Position numbers and translations under genes: made by a program. A DNA stretch of 63,952 nt, filler included, from a bacterium (GTDB taxonomy: Bacteria > UBP15 > UBA6099 > JAJRTR01): the NCBI GenBank assembly GCA_024278215.1. It is 7 parts of 7 records of this genome, joined end to end, with 100 filler letters (N's around TTAATTAATTAA, not from the genome) between each part and the next. Parts side by side here need not be neighbours in the genome. Positions count along the whole stretch, not along the records: positions 57,576 to 62,068 come from JAJRTR010000090.1; positions 62,169 to 63,952 come from JAJRTR010000135.1; 5 more parts are not named here. The stretch is one strand, 5' to 3'. Of this stretch, positions 57,761-63,952 are shown piece after piece (positions within the stretch are counted from its first letter, which is position 1; each line of letters begins with the position of its first letter). Below the pieces are notes generated by a model. It was not told where the DNA came from. It did no database searches and saw only the letters and a program-made list of their open reading frames with translations.

Positions 57761-58498
57761 GTGTTAGGCGCTTATTTCCTGTGCCTCATCGTATCACTCG
57801 TAACGTATTCCGATTTAAGAACATACCTTGATACCATACTGTCCGGAGAAATCCTGTTCGCGATAAAGTTGAGTCTCGTGACAGCGACAGTTGCTTCAGT
57901 ATTTGCCATGGCGATTGCCGTCCCGGCGGCGTATGCGCTTTCCCGGTTCGACTTTCCCGGAAAGCATATCGTCGACTCATTGCTCGATTTGCCGATATTC
58001 ATATCTCCTGTAGCAATTGGAGCAATGATCCTGATATTTTTCAATTCCAATACCGGTGCAGCCGTTGAAAAGGTTTTTCCGTTTGTATTTGAAGTTCAGG
58101 GTATCGTCCTGGCGCAATTTACGATAGTCAGCGCCCTCGCGGTTCGACTTATGAAATCGACCTTCGATGGGATCGACACACGCTATGAAAATGTCAGTCG
58201 CACGCTGGGGCTTTCAAAAACAAAATCCTTTTTCAAGGTGACGCTGCCTCTTGCGAAAAACGGCTTGATTGCGGCAGCGGTAATCACCTGGGCACGAGCG
58301 ATAGGGGAATTCGGCGCAACCGTAACACTCGCGGGAGCAACGCCGATGAAAACTGAAACTTTGCCGGTGGCCATACAACTCAGTTTTGCAACCGCGGATA
58401 TTCATAAGGCTGCCGCAGTGATTCTTGTTCTTATGATTATCTCCGGGATTGCACTTGTTGCATTAAGAACAATCAGCTTTAAGGAAGTAATGCCGTGA
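57761..58498 (+). CDS. Molybdate/tungstate ABC permease (ModB/WtpB-like); true start possibly lost
   Basis: FPGK...LLDLP, SRTLG EAA-like loop, WARAIGEFGAT, TETLPVAI. Confidence 0.9.
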   Translation: MLGAYFLCLIVSLVTYSDLRTYLDTILSGEILFAIKLSLVTATVASVFAMAIAVPAAYALSRFDFPGKHIVDSLLDLPIFISPVAIGAMILIFFNSNTGAAVEKVFPFVFEVQGIVLAQFTIVSALAVRLMKSTFDGIDTRYENVSRTLGLSKTKSFFKVTLPLAKNGLIAAAVITWARAIGEFGATVTLAGATPMKTETLPVAIQLSFATADIHKAAAVILVLMIISGIALVALRTISFKEVMP

Positions 58499-59598
58499 TC
58501 AGGATAAGCAATCTCAACTCGTCAGTGAAGAACTTTCTTTTAAGCAATATTGACTTGAGTGTAAAAAAGGGAGAATACTTCGTCATTCTGGGGCCGAGCG
58601 GTTCCGGGAAAACCCTGCTTATAGAACATATCGCCGGATTGTATAAGCCCGACTCGGGCATTATTTCTCTTGACGGTGCCGACATTACTCACACACCACC
58701 CGAAAGCAGAAAGGTCGGATATGTGCCCCAGGATTTTGTTCTTTTCCCTTTTCTGAATGTTAAAAGGAACATTGAATTCGGACTGTCTTCCAGCAAAACG
58801 GCCTCAGATAGCGGTAGTAGATTATCGGAAATAATAAAAACCCTGCGACTCGATAATTTGTTGTCGAGAGATGTAAAAACATTGAGCGGCGGCGAAAAAC
58901 AGCGCGTTGCTCTTGCAAGGGCTCTGGCGATCAATCCACACGTACTGCTCCTGGACGAGCCATTCTCGTCGCTGGATGCGGGTTTCAGATACCGGTTATG
59001 GATAGAAATGAGAAGGATTCACAAAGAACTCAGGACGACAATTATTCATATTACGCATGACCTCGAAGAGGCTTTCACATTGTCGGACAGCATGGCGGTT
59101 GTAATGGATGGAAGAATTGTCCAGAGTGGAGCGAAGGAAGATGTGTTTTTCTTTCCTCGAACAAAAGCCGTCGCAAGTTTTTTTGGGATACACAATATTT
59201 TTAACGGAATAATTACGGATTTGAGCATCGACGCTGATGCCTCGATTATTAACTGCGGCGGATACACGTTTGTCGCTTCGTATCGGGATAACGCCGCTGT
59301 CGGTGATATGGTGGATGTGTGTATTCGTCCGCAGGCGATAAAAGTCATCAAACCCGGCATGCCGATAAGAGATAATCTCGTTGAAAACCTGTACACCGGG
59401 ATCGTTCATTCGTCAATCCCGCATGGAAACACTTTTACTTTCTATTTTAAACCTTACGATACGGCATGTGCAGACGATTCGAATTTCTTTGAAGTCAAGC
59501 TTCCAGCTACTGCTTATGAAAAACTGAAAATCAGGGAAGGAAAAGAAATAACAGTCAGCCTGCACAAAAAAGCGGTATGGATTCTTAACGGTAACTGA
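58495..59598 (+). CDS. Molybdate/tungstate ABC ATPase (ModC/WtpC-like)
   Basis: GPSGSGKT, LSGGEKQRVALARA, LLLDEPFSSLD, ITHD. Confidence 0.9.
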   Translation: MIRISNLNSSVKNFLLSNIDLSVKKGEYFVILGPSGSGKTLLIEHIAGLYKPDSGIISLDGADITHTPPESRKVGYVPQDFVLFPFLNVKRNIEFGLSSSKTASDSGSRLSEIIKTLRLDNLLSRDVKTLSGGEKQRVALARALAINPHVLLLDEPFSSLDAGFRYRLWIEMRRIHKELRTTIIHITHDLEEAFTLSDSMAVVMDGRIVQSGAKEDVFFFPRTKAVASFFGIHNIFNGIITDLSIDADASIINCGGYTFVASYRDNAAVGDMVDVCIRPQAIKVIKPGMPIRDNLVENLYTGIVHSSIPHGNTFTFYFKPYDTACADDSNFFEVKLPATAYEKLKIREGKEITVSLHKKAVWILNGN

Positions 59599-59624
59599 CG
59601 ATCGTATGAGAGGGATAATTTTTC

Positions 59625-59969
59625 ATGAAACATGTTCCAATTATACTTGCGGGGATAGTGGTAATCGTCGTTCTTTCAATCACATTATTCAATGGAAGCG
59701 ACAAAAAGTCCGGTGATGCGCCCCCGCAACCACCAGCTGCCGGACATATTGAAAAAACACTCGATCCTGAAATGAAGGCGATTGAGCCTGAACCCGAACC
59801 TGGACCCGGACCCGCTAAAGATGTCGTGGAAAGTGCCCCTGCGTCCGGGACCCTGAACGAGCCCGTACCGGATGTGGACTCCGCCCCCGAAGACTCCTTC
59901 ACCCCGGTCGAAGGAGGACAGGATGAAGACGACGACTACGACGGGGAAGAAGATGATTACGGATGCTGA
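59625..59969 (+). CDS. Hypothetical single-TM Pro/acidic protein
   Basis: N-terminal hydrophobic helix, low-complexity tail, sits inside the operon. Confidence 0.55.
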   Translation: MKHVPIILAGIVVIVVLSITLFNGSDKKSGDAPPQPPAAGHIEKTLDPEMKAIEPEPEPGPGPAKDVVESAPASGTLNEPVPDVDSAPEDSFTPVEGGQDEDDDYDGEEDDYGC

Positions 59970-60009
59970 TGCGATATCATCGGTTGACAACAGTTCTTCA
60001 GGAGCAACA

Positions 60010-60978
60010 ATGAGCTTGACGGATAAGTACAACAGACGGATAGATTACCTCCGTATTTCGGTTACCGACCGTTGCAATTTGAGGTGTATGTATTGCGCCC
60101 CTTCGGGTTTTCAGCACTTTCCACGGTTTCAGCTGCTTTCATATAACGATATCCTTCTGATCGCGCAGGGTTTCGTCGAGGCCGGTGGAAAAAAGATACG
60201 AATCACCGGCGGCGAACCTCTGGTCAGAAAGGACCTGGAATACTTTATTCAAAGACTTTCCGCTATACACGGAATTGAAGACCTGTCCATCACAACAAAC
60301 GGCACACTGCTGAAGGAAAGGGCGAGCGCACTCAAGAAAGCCGGCTTGAAGAGAATAAATGTAAGCCTCGATACACTTGATTCGGCACGTTTTAAAAAAA
60401 TAACACGCTCATGTGTATCCCCCGAAACTGTGATAGCGGGTATCAGAGAAGCAAAAATTCAGGGCTTCAAAACAATAAAAGTCAATGTAGTCGTCATGAA
60501 AGATATCAACGATGGTGAACTGATGGATTTTGTAAAGTTCGGTACAACCGAGGATGTTACCGTGCGGTTTATTGAATATATGCCGTTTGATAATAGAGAG
60601 CAATGGAAAAGGTACTATGTGCCCGCGGGGGAAATACTCACGAGAATAAATAACAGCGTCAGGCAGGAGCCCGCCGATTTTCCGGGCGGGCACAGTCCCG
60701 CACGCTATTACCCATTATTGTCCGGGCCGGGCCAGGTGGGAATAATCAGCCCCGTCTCGCATGGTTTTTGTAGTCGCTGCAACCGTCTCCGGTTGAACTC
60801 GAACGGTTTCCTCCAGACATGTCTGCATTCCGACCAGGGTATGGACCTTCGTCAAATAATCCGTGAAAACTTCAGTGTCCAGGCGGTTAAAGAAGCTTTC
60901 CAAAAAGCAGTCATGTTAAAAGGTATCAGAGGAAATATGGGAGGGGCCCATAAATATATGTACCAGGTAGGCGGATAA
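60010..60978 (+). CDS. moaA: GTP 3',8-cyclase MoaA
   Basis: YLRISVTDRCNLRCMYC, FCSRCNRLRL...CL, C-terminal GG; GGAG RBS. Confidence 0.95.
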   Translation: MSLTDKYNRRIDYLRISVTDRCNLRCMYCAPSGFQHFPRFQLLSYNDILLIAQGFVEAGGKKIRITGGEPLVRKDLEYFIQRLSAIHGIEDLSITTNGTLLKERASALKKAGLKRINVSLDTLDSARFKKITRSCVSPETVIAGIREAKIQGFKTIKVNVVVMKDINDGELMDFVKFGTTEDVTVRFIEYMPFDNREQWKRYYVPAGEILTRINNSVRQEPADFPGGHSPARYYPLLSGPGQVGIISPVSHGFCSRCNRLRLNSNGFLQTCLHSDQGMDLRQIIRENFSVQAVKEAFQKAVMLKGIRGNMGGAHKYMYQVGG

Positions 60979-61141
60979 TCTCCTCCTTTTTTCCGGGTGC
61001 GAAAATCCGGATGCCGTACATTCGGGATCGGTATGTGAAGCTAACCCGCATATTTCACCAGTGCGAGCCAACAATTTTTTTCGTCAACAACAGGACAAGT
61101 TCAGTTGATTACGCTGAACAGTAAAAATCGGGAGGGATAAT

Positions 61142-61981
61142 ATGCTGGAAATAAGCGAGGCAAAGAAAGCGATTCTCGAACATGTAAAAACCATAGGGGC
61201 CGACAACATTCAAATAACTGAAGCATTGGAAAGGATTCTGGCTCATGATATCTATTCTGATGTGGATGTCCCGTTTATGGACAACTCGGCTATGGACGGA
61301 TTCGCCGTGAGAAAGGCGGATATTGAAACCGCAACTCCAGACTCACCGGTCTCGCTCGAAGTCATCGAATCAATACCCGCGGGAACAATTCCCCGGCATA
61401 GAGTCGATCACGGGCACGCCGCGCGCATCATGACCGGTGCCGTGCCACCCGAAGGTGCCGATTCTGTTGTGATGGTTGAATATACCGAAATGGCCGATAA
61501 CGTCCATGTTTTGATAAAGACACCTGTAAAAAACGGTAAACATCATATCCGCCGTGCCGGAGAAGATATGAAGCAGGGTGAGAAAGTACTGGAGGCCGGC
61601 CGCATACTGCGCCCCCCGGATGTCGGCGTTCTGGCAACTACCGGCAATACACATGTAGAAGTATCAAAACAACCCGTAGTGGGTATTCTCACTACCGGCA
61701 GTGAAATCATATCTCCCGACAGGAAAATGGAACCGGGAAAAGTAAGAAACAGCAACAGCTATTCGGTTTATGCGCAATGTCTGGAGATCGGAGCGATCCC
61801 TCGATTGCTGGGAATTGTGCCGGATTCAAAAGATGAGACGGCGTCCGCCATAAGTCAGGCCGCGGCCACATGCGACATTGTTATAACGACAGGTGGTGTT
61901 TCGATGGGTGAATACGATGAAGTTCGCAATGTTATTGCTGAACTTGGAGTAACCGTTCACACCCCTGTTGCAGCACAATGA
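61142..61981 (+). pseudogene. moeA: MoeA, C-terminally truncated (279 aa)
   Basis: DNSAMDGFAV, RIMTGA, TGSE and TTGGVSMGEYD present; ends before the expected KPGKP / GLPGNP motifs. Confidence 0.75.
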
Positions 61982-62068
61982 CATACAATAGCGCACTATT
62001 GCATACACTAGACGTTTTTGCAAGTATGTGCTATGGTATGTTTAATGGACAGCGAAACGGCATCAAAA

Positions 62069-62168
62069 NNNNNNNNNNNNNNNNNNNNNNNNNNNNNNNN
62101 NNNNNNNNNNNNTTAATTAATTAANNNNNNNNNNNNNNNNNNNNNNNNNNNNNNNNNNNNNNNNNNNN
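62069..62168. other. Artificial contig linker
   Basis: N44-TTAATTAATTAA-N44. Confidence 0.98.
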
Positions 62169-62640
62169 TTTCAAGCGAATACAGGAGGATGATCATCTCC
62201 TCGCTGAGCCCGAATTCGCGAAGTTTGCCGATGTAATATTTGCGGGTCACATCCCCGGGGGCGAGGCTGTCCGCTTCGAGAATGTTTTTGAAAACAGCTT
62301 CCACATCCTGTTTGAAAGCCGGGTCTATCTTATAAGCGGCGGAAACATTGTCCGTGATGCGTTTTTTCATGGCGCTGGTCGCGGAAGTGTCCTCGTACTG
62401 GATGTTGCGCGGTGAAACGATATCGTAGTCGGCGATAGTGTCGGCCCTGTAGGTGACACCGCCGATGTGTGTAATGAGCAGAACGGCGCATACAGATATG
62501 TAAAGCAGGACAGTAGCGATAAAACGTTTGTCCGCGACAATATTCATCAGCCTGTCGAGACTGCCGGTTTCGCCCGTGTCAGCTTTTTTCTTTGCGGCTT
62601 CGCTCTTATTCCTTTTTCTTTTGCCGTCGGTTTTTACCAA
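62169..62640 (-). CDS. N-terminus of a 7TM-HD (YqfF/PgpH-like) phosphohydrolase, cut by contig end
   Basis: TM helix followed by IADYDIVSPRNIQYEDTSAT; directly downstream of phoH. Confidence 0.65.
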
Positions 62641-62660
62641 TTGCTGCTCCGTAAACAGAA

Positions 62661-63617
62661 CTATCCTTTACTATCATCATCATCATAAGCCTCGATGATA
62701 CGTGCCACGAGCTCGTGTCTGACCACATCTTTTTTTGTCAGGAATACAAAGTCGATACCCCTCAAACCCTCCAGCCTGCCTACAGCGTCTATCAGGCCTG
62801 AAGGTGTCTCCGGCGGAAGGTCCACCTGGGTTACATCGCCGGTAACCGCCGCCGAAGAGTTGCTGCCGAGTCGTGTCAGAAACATTTTCATCTGGTTGAC
62901 CGTAGTGTTCTGCGCCTCGTCCATGAGCACGAAAGCATCGTCGAGCGTGCGACCGCGCATGAATGCCAGCGGCGCCACCTCGATAATGCCGCGATCGAGG
63001 TAGCGAGCACATTTGTCTATACTCATCATGTTGAAAAGCGCATCGTATATCGGCCTCAGATACGGGTCTACTTTCTGCTGCAAATCGCCCGGCAGGAACC
63101 CAAGTTTTTCACCCGCTTCAACAGCCGGCCTGCAAATAATTATTCTCTTAACACTTTCCTCGATAAGTTTTTTTACAGCGACGGCAACAGCGAGATATGT
63201 CTTGCCCGTGCCGGCCGGCCCCACAGAAAACACCATATTCGATCTCGCGAGCGCGTTTATATATTCCCGCTGCTTCGGGGTTCTGGGCCTTATCGGACGC
63301 CCCAGCCCGTTTGTCAGCTTGATGTCGGCTTCGACTTTTTTGCCCGCCCCTTCTTCCTGCAGCAGCATCAGAGAATAGCGGATGTCCGACTTCTCGACCT
63401 GCATACCTTTTCGCACCTGCTCGAGCAGATTCCCGATCATTTCTCCGATACCTGCCGCGCCCTTGCCTGTGATCGTCAGCACACCGCTGCGGTGCGACAC
63501 ATGCACTCCTGTTTCCTTCTCGATGAACTTCACGTGTTCATCACTCTTGCCGAACAGGTTCATTGCTTCTTCCTGGTTGGCTACCGTTATTGTTGCTGTT
63601 TCGTTTATATTTGACAT
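62661..63617 (-). CDS. phoH: PhoH-family ATPase
   Basis: GPAGTGKTYLAV, RPAVEAGEKLGFLPGDL, APLAFMRGRTL, DEAQN, DVVRH; start could be 63638. Confidence 0.95.
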   Translation of the reverse strand: MSNINETATITVANQEEAMNLFGKSDEHVKFIEKETGVHVSHRSGVLTITGKGAAGIGEMIGNLLEQVRKGMQVEKSDIRYSLMLLQEEGAGKKVEADIKLTNGLGRPIRPRTPKQREYINALARSNMVFSVGPAGTGKTYLAVAVAVKKLIEESVKRIIICRPAVEAGEKLGFLPGDLQQKVDPYLRPIYDALFNMMSIDKCARYLDRGIIEVAPLAFMRGRTLDDAFVLMDEAQNTTVNQMKMFLTRLGSNSSAAVTGDVTQVDLPPETPSGLIDAVGRLEGLRGIDFVFLTKKDVVRHELVARIIEAYDDDDSKG

Positions 63618-63757
63618 GTCTGATTCCAGTGCAGTCATAGTGTTCGCTGTGTCGCGCAAACTCTGTATCGACGTGTTGGACGACGCATGGCGCGGTTGCC
63701 GACCCGCGCCCTGAAAAACGGGAGTGTTTTCATGCACAAAAATAAAATATTTCCTTA

Positions 63758-63936
63758 GAGCCAATTGCAAAATTCTGATTCTGCTGCGGTCGGCGGCTAT
63801 TGTCCATAGCTGCGTTGTCGGCACAAAATCGTCCTCGACGTACTCTACAAAGTACGCCTGCGAGGATTTTACACCTCCGCCTTGCTCTGAACAATTTAGC
63901 TCGACCTCGCTACGAACATAATTTTGCAATTGGCTC
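63758..63936 (+). mobile_element. MITE family A, full length
   Basis: Perfect TIRs; flanks CTTA/TTTA. Confidence 0.93.
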
Positions 63937-63952
63937 TTTACATCTTTTCATC

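Noticed and set aside
18526-62168. Six identical TTAATTAATTAA motifs within N runs
   Set aside because: Artificial six-frame-stop linkers; ORFs ending in X...LIN and cross-gap synteny are artefacts.
63618-63929. ~100-aa N-terminal extension of PhoH in the ORF track
   Set aside because: It reads through MITE A; PhoH-like sequence starts near 63617-63638.
1-63952. CRISPR arrays, tRNA/rRNA genes, known riboswitches
   Set aside because: None recognised by eye; a covariance-model search would be needed to exclude small RNAs.

Overview
The window is seven short contigs joined by six artificial 100-nt linkers (N44-TTAATTAATTAA-N44), so adjacency across linkers is not biological. The source looks like a motile, diderm, probably anaerobic bacterium: it has FlgH/FlgI, three probable outer-membrane beta-barrels, SepF, FliW/CsrA and AcsE. 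Contig 1 carries flgG-A-H-I-J, a CgeB-like glycosyltransferase, flgN-K-L, fliW, csrA and flagellin, then a 1854-aa secreted barrel protein and a partial NtrC-type activator. The other contigs carry glpK, an archaeal-type ThyA-family enzyme, an HDOD protein, a barrel / dockerin-cohesin-FN3 / FecR operon divergent from a WYL regulator, aroA, an orphan ftsZ behind two MerR-like HTH genes, acsE, a membrane-bound GH2 lacking catalytic Glu, PilZ-REC, ddl, vapBC, GH88, glyQ, a TPR-adenylate cyclase, tlyA, sepF, Mo/W transport and Moco genes, and phoH. The strongest unexplained signal is a dense population of non-coding mobile repeats. A ~179-bp MITE (family A) has 10 full or contig-truncated copies with 4-bp target duplications, plus 49-bp and 14-bp collapsed derivatives. 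There are at least four other repeat families, one nested insertion, and a RAYT/Y1 transposase-DnaA_C fusion that has lost its catalytic residues. All family assignments come from motif recognition by eye; no database searches were run.
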